This document shows positions 19,330 through 28,068 of a stretch of 64,000 bases of DNA, piece after piece. Within the stretch, counting starts at the first letter, position 1, and each line of letters begins with the position of its first letter. This DNA is from Pedosphaera sp. GTDB taxonomy: Bacteria > Verrucomicrobiota > Verrucomicrobiia > Limisphaerales > SIBH01. The position numbers were made by a program, and so were the translations under genes. The stretch spans positions 64,001 to 128,000 of the forward strand of contig JANOQV010000184.1 of assembly GCA_031414955.1 (NCBI GenBank). The letters are read 5' to 3'. The notes beneath the pieces were generated by a model, which did no database searches, was not told where the DNA came from, and saw only the letters and a program-made list of their open reading frames with translations.

Positions 19330-21243
19330 TTAGGAAATCATCCCACGCTTCTTCAACATCGCTTCCATCGCCTTGTCCATGGCGTGGTCGGCGAGCGGCT
19401 TGGTCACTTCGTCCAGTTTTGTGGTGGCATCCTTCAGCTTCTTCGGGTCGCCGGTCTTGGTGCGCGGATCTTCGGTGGAAAGCACGGCTTCAACCTCCTC
19501 CAGTGCGGCATCAAGCTGCGCCTTGTAGTCGGCTTCCAACTCGCTCGCGAACTCGGTCATCGTCTTGCGCGTGGCCATGATGGTTTCGCCGGCGCGAATC
19601 TTCGCTTCAATCCATTGGCGTGCGCGCAAATCGTCGAAAGCGTGCTCCACGGACTCCTCGACCATCTTCTGCACGTCGGCGTCATCGACATCCACGGCGC
19701 TTTGCATCTGCACGATCTTCTGGTGGCCGGTCTTCACGTCGCGGGCGAGGGCGTGGAGAATTCCATTCGCGTCGATCTCGAACTGCACGCCCACGCGCGG
19801 CACGCCCTTGGGCGCTGGCTCGAACTCGATCTCAAATCGTCCCAAGCTCCAGTTGTCCTGGACGCGCTCGCGCTCGCCTTGCACGACGTGGATGAGCATC
19901 GAACGCTGGTTGTCCACCGCCGTGGTGAACATCTCGCCGGCCTTGACCGGAATGGTCGTGTTGCGCGGGATGATCACGTTCATCAAGCCGCCGAACGTCT
20001 CGATGCCGAGCGAGAGCGGTGTCACGTCGAGCAGCAGCAGGTTCTTGAACCCGCCGCTCAAAATCTCCGCCTGGATGGCCGCGCCCAGTGCCACGGCCTC
20101 GTCCGGGTTCTGCGAGGTGTTGAGTTGTGGCCCTTTGGCGGCGTGGTGCTCCGTGCCGAGCCGCAGGTCACCGCGCTGTTCCGCAAATTCCACGCAGCCG
20201 AACCATTCGCTCACGAGTCGGCGGACCAGCGGCATCCGCGTCTGGCCGCCGACCAGAATCACCTGATCCAGATCCTTCGCCTCCAGCTTCGCGTCCGAGA
20301 GCGAACGCAGGCAATGGGCGCGCGTGCGCTCGATGATGTCCCGCGTGAGCTTCTCCAACTCTGTGCGCGTGAGCTTGTAGCTGAAGCTAAACGTGGGCGT
20401 GAGAAACGGCAGTTGCACTTCCACTTCGCTCTCGCTGCTCAGGCGAATCTTCGTCTGCTCGGCCGTTTCGCGGATGCGCGAGAGCATCGAGTTGTCCGAA
20501 CTCGCGTCGGGCCCGCCGCCTGCCTTGATCTTCTCCACTACGAAATCAATCAGCCGCTTGTCCAAGTCATCCCCGCCCAGCCGCGTGTTGCCATTCGTGG
20601 ACAACACCTGGAACACGCCGTTGTTCAGTTCGAGGATGGAAAGATCGAATGTGCCGCCGCCCAGATCATACACGGCGATCTTCGACTTCTCCTTCAGCTT
20701 GTCCAAGCCGTAGGCCAACGCCGCCGCCGTGGGTTCGTTCACGATGCGCTCGACGGTGAAGCCCGCCAGTTCACCCGCCTTCTTGGTCGCGTTGCGCTGC
20801 GCGTCGTTGAAATAAGCCGGCACGGTGATGACCGCGCGCGTCACCGCTTCGCCGAGCGACGCCTCCGCATCGCGCTTCAGCTTCTTCAAGACCTCGGCGG
20901 AAATTTCCTCCGGCGTCCAGGCGCGTCCGTGAATGTCGATGCTCACCTGGCCCGTGCCTTCACCGCGCACCGGATAGGTCACGAGCATCTCCTCGCGCGC
21001 GATGTCCGCGCCGCGCCGGCCCATAAAACGCTTCACCGAGTAAACCGTCTCCGCCGGCTTGAGCACGCGCACGCGATTGGCCTTGTGCCCGACAATCGGC
21101 TCCGCGCCCGCCGCCGGCACATGCACGACGGACGGCGTGAGCCGCTGCCCCTCCGCGTCCGCGATGACGTACGGGATGCCCGTGTCCACCGTGGCCACGA
21201 GGGAGTTCGTGGTGCCCAAATCAATGCCAACAATTTTGCTCAT
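19330..21243 (-). CDS. Hsp70 family chaperone (DnaK/HscA-like paralog)
   Basis: GIDLGTTNS, TVPAYFND, NEPTAAALAYG, DLGGGTFD, NPDEAVALGAA, LLLLDVTPLSLG linker. Confidence 0.93.
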   Translation of the reverse strand: MSKIVGIDLGTTNSLVATVDTGIPYVIADAEGQRLTPSVVHVPAAGAEPIVGHKANRVRVLKPAETVYSVKRFMGRRGADIAREEMLVTYPVRGEGTGQVSIDIHGRAWTPEEISAEVLKKLKRDAEASLGEAVTRAVITVPAYFNDAQRNATKKAGELAGFTVERIVNEPTAAALAYGLDKLKEKSKIAVYDLGGGTFDLSILELNNGVFQVLSTNGNTRLGGDDLDKRLIDFVVEKIKAGGGPDASSDNSMLSRIRETAEQTKIRLSSESEVEVQLPFLTPTFSFSYKLTRTELEKLTRDIIERTRAHCLRSLSDAKLEAKDLDQVILVGGQTRMPLVRRLVSEWFGCVEFAEQRGDLRLGTEHHAAKGPQLNTSQNPDEAVALGAAIQAEILSGGFKNLLLLDVTPLSLGIETFGGLMNVIIPRNTTIPVKAGEMFTTAVDNQRSMLIHVVQGERERVQDNWSLGRFEIEFEPAPKGVPRVGVQFEIDANGILHALARDVKTGHQKIVQMQSAVDVDDADVQKMVEESVEHAFDDLRARQWIEAKIRAGETIMATRKTMTEFASELEADYKAQLDAALEEVEAVLSTEDPRTKTGDPKKLKDATTKLDEVTKPLADHAMDKAMEAMLKKRGMIS

Positions 21244-21462
21244 GTCTTTCTCATTCCCGCCCGAGGCGGAACCCAGACAAGAGCGCCTGAAGCGTGCGCC
21301 GTCAATGCCGGGGCATGCCGCACGCCGCAGTGTTCCACCATGCTGCGGCCGAGGACGGTTGCACTCCGGTCCAGCCCCTTGCGATCCCACTCGCAGCCGC
21401 CCCGCTGATTGACACCCGTTTTCCGCGTTGCCTATGGTTTGGGCGATGCGTCAACGGGCCTT

Positions 21463-22869
21463 ATGAATCTGACCGAATTGCTGGATGCGACCGCCAGTCG
21501 CCGGCCGCAGAAACCCGCGCTCATCGACGACTCCACGGTCGTCACCTACGCCGGCCTGGTGGAACTGGTCGCCGCCTTCGCTGCTCGTCTCGGCACTCTG
21601 CACCTTCCGCCTGGCGCGCGCGTGGGGCTTTGTTATCCGAACAGCATCGACTACGTGGCGCTGACCTTCGCGCTCTGGCGCGTCAAGGCCGTGGTCGTCC
21701 CGCTCCCGATGGAATGCACGGCGGAGGAACTGGCTGACATCGCGGCGACGATGCAACTCGAAGCCATCCTCGGCCAGAAGCCCTCGCCGCATAGCGCGCC
21801 GCTGACCGCGAACTGTTTCGTCACGCGGTTGACGCCCGCCGCACCGGCGGACAATCACGGGCTGAACATCGCCTTCATCCGCTTCACCTCCGGCACGACC
21901 AATGCCCGCAAAGGCGTGGTGCTCTCGCATGAGACGGTGCGCGACCGCGTGCTCACCGCGAACAAGGCGCTGGGCATCGGACCGGACGACATCGTGATGT
22001 GGTGCCTGCCGATGGCGCATCATTTCCTCATCACCATCGTGCTCTACCTGAACGAAGGCGCGACCGTGGTGCTGGCGCGGCACGTTCTGGCCCGGCCCTT
22101 CATCGACGCGACCAATCGCTGGCAGGGCACGGTCCTCTACGCGGCGCCGTTTCATTTCGCCATGCTGGCCCGCGACAAATCGGATGAGCGGCTCGATTCG
22201 GTCCGGCTCGCCGTGTCCACGACCTGCGCACTGCCCGAGGAGGTGGCGCGGGATTTCCTGAAACGCTTTGACCGCCCGCTGTGCCAGGCCTTGGGGATTA
22301 TCGAACTGGGACTCGTGAGCCTCAACACAGCTGACCCAACCGGGCGCAGCCCTTCCGTGGGCCGCCCGCTGACCGATCATCGCGTGCGGATCATTTCCCC
22401 GGATGAGCATGGCTGCGGCGATGTCGCCATCTCCGGCCCGGGTTTTTTCGATGCCTATGCCGCGCCGTGGGTGCCGCGCGCGCAGGCCATTCCGGAAGGC
22501 TGGTTCACCACCGGGGACATCGGGCGCATCGATGCCGATGGGTTTCTTTTCCTCATCAGCCGCAAGACGGCGGTCATCAATCTCGCGGGCCGAAAAGTCT
22601 TCCCCGAGGAGATCGAGGCCGTGCTCAACCGGCATCCGCTGGTGCGCGAATCGCGCGTCTTCGGGAGGCTGCACCCGCATCTTGGCGAGGTGGTCGAGGC
22701 GGAACTCGTGCTCACCGAGCCGGACGCCGACCTCGGGCCGGTGCGGGAATTCTGCCGTGACCACCTCGCCTCCTATAAAATCCCCTCGCGTCTGACCGTC
22801 GTCAGCGCCTTGCCACGCACCGCCGCCACGGGCAAAATCCTCCGGGCCGCGGCTGCGGCCCAGCCTTAA
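21463..22869 (+). CDS. Class I adenylate-forming enzyme (acyl-CoA/acyl-ACP ligase)
   Basis: FTSGTTNARKGV P-loop, WFTTGDIG, KVFPEEIE, LASYKIP, TGKI. Confidence 0.9.
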   Translation: MNLTELLDATASRRPQKPALIDDSTVVTYAGLVELVAAFAARLGTLHLPPGARVGLCYPNSIDYVALTFALWRVKAVVVPLPMECTAEELADIAATMQLEAILGQKPSPHSAPLTANCFVTRLTPAAPADNHGLNIAFIRFTSGTTNARKGVVLSHETVRDRVLTANKALGIGPDDIVMWCLPMAHHFLITIVLYLNEGATVVLARHVLARPFIDATNRWQGTVLYAAPFHFAMLARDKSDERLDSVRLAVSTTCALPEEVARDFLKRFDRPLCQALGIIELGLVSLNTADPTGRSPSVGRPLTDHRVRIISPDEHGCGDVAISGPGFFDAYAAPWVPRAQAIPEGWFTTGDIGRIDADGFLFLISRKTAVINLAGRKVFPEEIEAVLNRHPLVRESRVFGRLHPHLGEVVEAELVLTEPDADLGPVREFCRDHLASYKIPSRLTVVSALPRTAATGKILRAAAAAQP

Positions 22870-23114
22870 TGGACGCACAAAAAATTGAATCTGAACTGTT
22901 GGCTTTTCTCAGCCGCGAAGTTTTCGCGCCTGATCTGGCCCTGACCGCCGAAACCGATCTCGTCTCGGTGGGCTTTGATTCCATGTCCCTGGTGCGCGTG
23001 CTCGTCTGGATCGAAACCCACTACGGCACATGGATTCCCGAGAGCGAGATCACCGGCGAGGCCATCAAGAATCTGCGCACGCTCTCCGCGACCGTGGCCC
23101 GGCTGCTGCCATGA
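22869..23114 (+). CDS. Acyl/peptidyl carrier protein
   Basis: 81 aa, acidic, GFDSMSLV phosphopantetheine site; TAATG coupling to the ligase. Confidence 0.9.
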   Translation: MDAQKIESELLAFLSREVFAPDLALTAETDLVSVGFDSMSLVRVLVWIETHYGTWIPESEITGEAIKNLRTLSATVARLLP

Positions 23115-24382
23115 GGCCCAAGCAGCGTCTCAACGGGTGCGACTACCTGATGCTCGGTTTCGACCACGAGTTGCGCCGGCTCGGCTTCTCGGGCAACTCC
23201 TGCCAGATCGTGCTCGAACTCGGCGCGCCCATTTCAGCCGACGCATTGCGCCAACGGCTCGACACTTTGCTCACCCACTGGCCCATTCTCGGCGCAAAGC
23301 CCTGCGGCCTGCTCATGCCCAAGTGGAAGATGCCCCGGCCCGGCACACCCGGCCCGCGCATCCGCGTCCATCCACACCATCCAGAACTGCGCCAGCGCCT
23401 TTTCAACGAACCCATCGCCGCCAAGGCCGGCGAACTGATGCGCTTTGATCTCGTCGAGCGCGAGGGCGGGCGCATGGACGTCATCTTCACCTGGGCGCAT
23501 TCGCTGATGGATGCCCGCAGCGCCGAGTATTTTCTCGCCGTGGTCGGCCGCGAGGATTTGCCGCTGCCCGACCTCCACGCCAAGCTTCCCGCCCGGCCGA
23601 AGATCACGCTGCGCAATCGCTTCAAGCTGGCCTGGAAAAACCTGCATCAGCTCGACGGCTTCTGTAAGGCCGCGCCGAAGTCGCTCGGCGCACGCCGGCC
23701 CGAGGCCCCGAGCGAGATCCATCACCGCATCGACGAGTTCACCGCTGGGGAGACGGAACAGATTCGCGCCCAGAGTGTGAAGCACTGCGGCGCACTCCGG
23801 GATGCGCAGTATCACGCCGCCGTGGGCGTGGTGGAGTTGCATCAGCTCCACCAGCGCCTGAATTTCCCCAGCCCGAGCTACGTGCTGCCGATTCCGGTCG
23901 GACTGCGGCCCAAGGGCCGTGTCGAGCCGCTCTTCAGCAACCAGGTCATCATGCTGATGATCCAGTTCCTGCCTGAACATCTCGGCTCCGTGGCGGACGC
24001 CGTGGCCACGTTGAAGACGCAGACTGAACAGGGCATGCGCGCAGGACTGCTCGACAGCGCGGTCATTCTGGCGGAGATGTTTCGCTTCCTGCCGCTGCCC
24101 ATTTACACCGCGGTGCTCAAGCAGGGATTGCGCGGGGAAATCTGCTCGCTCTTCTACGGCGACACGGCCGCCGTCAATCCGGCCGTCACCACTTTCCTCG
24201 GCGTGCCCATCGAGGACTTCGCCCACATCGCCTCGATCACGCCGTCGCCCGGCATCGGCATGGTCTTCTATTATTTCCGCGGCCTGCTGCGGGTCACCAC
24301 GCTGCATTCCACCAAGGCGCTCACCGACGAGGAGGCGGCGGATTTCTCGGTCCGGCTGCGCGCCCGCTTGCTCAACCCGTGA
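23111..24382 (+). CDS. Stand-alone condensation-domain-like / CoA-dependent acyltransferase
   Basis: HxxxD motif WAHSLMDARS, IPVGLRP...LFSN segment typical of the C-domain/PapA/CAT fold; ATGA coupling to ACP. Confidence 0.65.
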   Translation: MRPKQRLNGCDYLMLGFDHELRRLGFSGNSCQIVLELGAPISADALRQRLDTLLTHWPILGAKPCGLLMPKWKMPRPGTPGPRIRVHPHHPELRQRLFNEPIAAKAGELMRFDLVEREGGRMDVIFTWAHSLMDARSAEYFLAVVGREDLPLPDLHAKLPARPKITLRNRFKLAWKNLHQLDGFCKAAPKSLGARRPEAPSEIHHRIDEFTAGETEQIRAQSVKHCGALRDAQYHAAVGVVELHQLHQRLNFPSPSYVLPIPVGLRPKGRVEPLFSNQVIMLMIQFLPEHLGSVADAVATLKTQTEQGMRAGLLDSAVILAEMFRFLPLPIYTAVLKQGLRGEICSLFYGDTAAVNPAVTTFLGVPIEDFAHIASITPSPGIGMVFYYFRGLLRVTTLHSTKALTDEEAADFSVRLRARLLNP

Positions 24383-25467
24383 ACGAACGCGTGGACATCG
24401 CCGTGGTCGGTGGCGGCGCGGCGGGGATCGCCGCCGCCCTCAGCGCTGCGCGCGCCGGGCGCACCACGGTGCTGATCGACCGGCGCGAATCCGCCGGTGG
24501 CACCGGCGGATTCAGCGGCCTGACTACGCTCTGCGGCCTCTACGACAACGCTGGAAATTTTCTAAACCAAGGATTCGCACATGAGTTCGCCGAAGCTCTC
24601 TCCGACTCACCGCCCCTGCTGATGGGCCGCGTCTGGGTGCTGCCCTACCGCCCCGCCCGCTTTCGGGAACTGGCCGCCCAACTCATCGCAGCCGAGCCGA
24701 ATTTTCGGACACTTTGGAACACCCCGATTTCGGATGTTGCCGTGCAGGGCAACCGCATCACTTCGTTGAACGGCATGGATGTCGGCGCGGTCATCGATTG
24801 CAGCGGCTTCGCTGAAGTGGCGCGCGCCGTCGGCGCAGAGTGTCTCGCCACGGATGAGGCGACCCAGGCGCCGGCGGTTATCTTCACTTTGCGCGGCGTG
24901 ACGCGCGCGCTCAATTCGACGGCAGCCGTCGCGCGGGTCTTGCTGCCGCTGGTGCGCGCCGGCTTTCCGCCGCTCAGTTTTCATCCCGGCTCCGAACGGG
25001 GCGAGATCAACGTCAAGTTCACCGGCCCGCCCGAACAGGTGCCGCAGGTCATCGCGTTCCTCCAATCTAACGTGGCGGGTTTCGAGCATTGCCTCACGCC
25101 CTTGACCGAATTCCCCGTGGCCCAGCGGGCGGGCCGGATGATCATCGGCCGGCATCTGCTCACCGGCGCGGAAGTTCTGGCCGGGCAAAAATTCCCCGAC
25201 GCCGTGGCGCGCTGCGCGTGGCCCGTTGAACAATGGAACGCCCATGGCGTGGTGCGCTTCCGCTATCTCGCTCCTGGCACACACTACGAAATCCCCGCTC
25301 GCGCCCTCCAGTCTGCGGCCATTGAGAACCTTTTCATGGCGGGCAAAACGATCAGCGCCGACGCCGACGCCATCGCCAGCGCGCGCGTCATGGGCTGCTG
25401 CCTCGCCACCGGGGCGGCGGCTGGTCAACTTGCCGCGCGTTGCCTAGACTCCGCGCGCAATCAATGA
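24379..25467 (+). CDS. FAD-dependent oxidoreductase (FAD_oxidored-like family)
   Basis: VVGGGAAG..AA Rossmann motif, VIDCSG, YEIPARAL, NLFMAGKTISAD..A.ASARVM; GTGA coupling. Confidence 0.85.
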   Translation: MNERVDIAVVGGGAAGIAAALSAARAGRTTVLIDRRESAGGTGGFSGLTTLCGLYDNAGNFLNQGFAHEFAEALSDSPPLLMGRVWVLPYRPARFRELAAQLIAAEPNFRTLWNTPISDVAVQGNRITSLNGMDVGAVIDCSGFAEVARAVGAECLATDEATQAPAVIFTLRGVTRALNSTAAVARVLLPLVRAGFPPLSFHPGSERGEINVKFTGPPEQVPQVIAFLQSNVAGFEHCLTPLTEFPVAQRAGRMIIGRHLLTGAEVLAGQKFPDAVARCAWPVEQWNAHGVVRFRYLAPGTHYEIPARALQSAAIENLFMAGKTISADADAIASARVMGCCLATGAAAGQLAARCLDSARNQ

Positions 25468-26681
25468 CGCCAGCGACCGAACAGCTTTGGTCCGCCACCT
25501 TCCATCATGCGAAGGAACGCTCGCCGTTCTATCGCGAGTGGTTGCGCAACTGGAAGGAAGCCCCGCCGCTCGATCAGGTTCCGCTCGTGGACAAGCACAT
25601 GCTCTCGGAGCGCAACCTGGATTTCCTCTGCGTGCCCCGCGACGAGATTGTCGAAATCGTCACCACCAGCGGCACCACCGGTGAGCCTTTGCTCTGGATG
25701 CTGACCGACTCCGATCTGCGCCGCCTCGCCGAGAACGAGCGGATCTCCTTCGAGTGTGCCGGACTCACGGGGCGCGACACGGTGCTGGTCGCCGTGGCGA
25801 TGGATCGCTGCTTCATGGCGGGGCTCGCCTACTGGCTGGGCTTGCGCGAATTGACCTGCGGCATGGTGCGCACCGGCGTCGCGTCGCCCTTGCTGGTGCT
25901 GGAAATGATCCAGCGCGTGCAACCCACCGCCATCGTGGCCGTGCCGTCGTTTCTGCGCGTCATCGCCGACAAGGCGCGGGAGACGGGATTAGACCTCGCC
26001 GGTTGCTCGGTGAAGAAGGCCGTCTGCATCGGCGAGCCGATCCGCGACAGCGCGCTGGCCTTGAACACCTCGGGCCGCGCCATTGAATCCATGTGGGGTG
26101 CGAAAGTCTTTTCCACCTACGGCGTGACCGAACTAGCGAACTCACTCTGCGAATGCGAAGCCAGCGCGGGCGGCCATCTGCATGACGAGCAGTTGCACCT
26201 CGAAGTGCTCGACGACGACGGCCAGGCCGTTGCCGACGGCCAGGTGGGCGAAGTCGTGGCGACGACCTTCGGCGTGGAGGCGATGCCGGTCATCCGTTAC
26301 CGCACGGGTGATTGCGCCGCGCTTATCCGCGAGCCTTGCGCCTGCGGACGGACCACACCGCGCCTCGGCCCCATCGTCGGGCGCAAGGACCAGAAGCTGA
26401 AGTTCAAGGGCGCGTCGCTCTTCCCCTCCACCTTGCAGGCGGTGCTCGAACAGGCCGAGGGCGTGGAGGCGTTCGTCATCGTGGCCCGCGCCGAAAACGA
26501 GCTGTCGGATTCCATCGAAGTGCTCGTGCATGGCGGCGCGGCGGTGGCGGCGCTGCGTGAGACGTTGCAGGCGCGCTCGAAGATCACGCCGCTCATCCGT
26601 CACGTCCCGCGCGCGGAAATCGAGGCGCTGCAAATGCCGCCCCAGGCACGCAAGCGCCGGACCTTCGTTGATCTCCGATGA
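25464..26681 (+). CDS. Phenylacetate-CoA ligase (PaaK)-like adenylating enzyme
   Basis: SPFYRE, TTSGTTGEP, CIGEP, STYGVTE, MPVIRYRTGD, CACGR; ATGA coupling. Confidence 0.88.
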   Translation: MTPATEQLWSATFHHAKERSPFYREWLRNWKEAPPLDQVPLVDKHMLSERNLDFLCVPRDEIVEIVTTSGTTGEPLLWMLTDSDLRRLAENERISFECAGLTGRDTVLVAVAMDRCFMAGLAYWLGLRELTCGMVRTGVASPLLVLEMIQRVQPTAIVAVPSFLRVIADKARETGLDLAGCSVKKAVCIGEPIRDSALALNTSGRAIESMWGAKVFSTYGVTELANSLCECEASAGGHLHDEQLHLEVLDDDGQAVADGQVGEVVATTFGVEAMPVIRYRTGDCAALIREPCACGRTTPRLGPIVGRKDQKLKFKGASLFPSTLQAVLEQAEGVEAFVIVARAENELSDSIEVLVHGGAAVAALRETLQARSKITPLIRHVPRAEIEALQMPPQARKRRTFVDLR

Positions 26682-27802
26682 AGCATTGCATCCTCATCCC
26701 CTGTTACAACCACTCGACTACCGTGGCGGCGGTGGTCCGGGCGGCCCAAGCTCACGGCCCGGTGCTGCTCCTGGATGATGGCTCCACCGATCCCCTGCCA
26801 TCGTTGCCCGAGGCGACCATTTTCCGACTGGAGAAAAATGGCGGCAAAGGCGGCGCCTTGCGGGCCGGCTTCGAGCACGCCGTCCGCCTCGGCTACACCC
26901 ACGCCATCACCATGGACGCCGACGGCCAGCATTTCGCCGAGGATCTGCCGAAGTTCATCGCCGCCGCCCAGGCGCAGCCCGAAGCACTCATCGTGGGCGT
27001 GCGCGACTTCTTCGCCGCCGGCTGCCCGACGCATCGCCGCCGCTCGAACGCCGTGTCGAGCTTCTGGTTCCGGATCGAAAGCGGCGTGCGCCTGCCCGAC
27101 ACCCAGTGCGGTTTCCGGTGTTATCCGCTTGCGCTGACCCAGAAGTTGAAGGCGCGCTCGCAGCGCTACGCCTTTGAACTCGAGTTCATGGTTCGCGCTT
27201 CATGGTCGGGCGTGGCGCTCGTGCCCGTGCCGGTGTCGTGCAGCTACGAGCCGGAGCAAATTCGCCGCTCCCACTTCCGGCCCGTGGTCGATCTGGAGCG
27301 CATCACCCGCATGAACGTGGGCCTCGTCTTGCAATCATGGTTCGTGCCTCGCGTGGTGCGCACCGCGTGGTCGCACGGCGAGCGCTACTCCCGCGGCCGG
27401 ACGGTGCGCCTTTTTCTCTCGGAGAACGCCCACGACCCGGCGCGGCTGGGGGGCGCGGTGGGGTTGGGGATCTTCTGCGGCATCATCCCGCTCTGGGGCT
27501 TCCAAATGCTCACCGCCGCCGCCCTCGCGCACTGGCTGCGTTTGAACAAATCCATCACCCTCCTCGCCAGCAACATTTCCATCCCGCCCATGATGCCTTT
27601 CATCCTCTATGGCGGGCTGGCCCTCGGACACCGGCTCTGCACCGGGCAGGCGCTGGAATTTTCCGCGAAGGAGATGAACCAGGAACGCGCGCTCGAATAT
27701 CTCGGGCAATGGGCCTTGGGCAGCGTGCTGCTCGCGGTGGTGGCCGGCGCGCTGGGCGGCCTCCTCACTTACGCGCTGGCACGCCTGGGTCGGCGGCGGT
27801 GA
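26678..27802 (+). CDS. GT2 glycosyltransferase fused to DUF2062-like membrane domain
   Basis: LIPCYN, DDGSTD, NGGKG, DADGQH, DTQCGFRCYP; C-terminal GLGIFCGIIP...SNISIPP membrane domain; ATGA coupling. Confidence 0.88.
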   Translation: MKHCILIPCYNHSTTVAAVVRAAQAHGPVLLLDDGSTDPLPSLPEATIFRLEKNGGKGGALRAGFEHAVRLGYTHAITMDADGQHFAEDLPKFIAAAQAQPEALIVGVRDFFAAGCPTHRRRSNAVSSFWFRIESGVRLPDTQCGFRCYPLALTQKLKARSQRYAFELEFMVRASWSGVALVPVPVSCSYEPEQIRRSHFRPVVDLERITRMNVGLVLQSWFVPRVVRTAWSHGERYSRGRTVRLFLSENAHDPARLGGAVGLGIFCGIIPLWGFQMLTAAALAHWLRLNKSITLLASNISIPPMMPFILYGGLALGHRLCTGQALEFSAKEMNQERALEYLGQWALGSVLLAVVAGALGGLLTYALARLGRRR

Positions 27803-28068
27803 AGGAAAGCATCGGCCCCGGATCGACCACGGATTGGACCAATCCAGCTCGAGCCCCGGCGTGTCCGGGTTTCATCCGGGTTCCAACCGCTTCAGCCCTC
27901 ACGGTTTCATTTCCATGAGGCAGCAGCGGATGCGGCCCTTGGCCCCGCCGCCAAACGGGGTGCCGATCCAGTTCGAGAACGCGCGGCCACTGGGCACCAG
28001 GCGCTCACGGCCGTCGGGCCGGGACGGCCCATGCACTGACTGCGGCCGACGCAGCGTTCAGGCCGTGT

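Noticed and set aside
21244..21462. Possible CIRCE element upstream of the Hsp70 gene (TTGCACTC)
   Set aside because: Second half-site GAGTGCTAA absent at the 9-nt spacing
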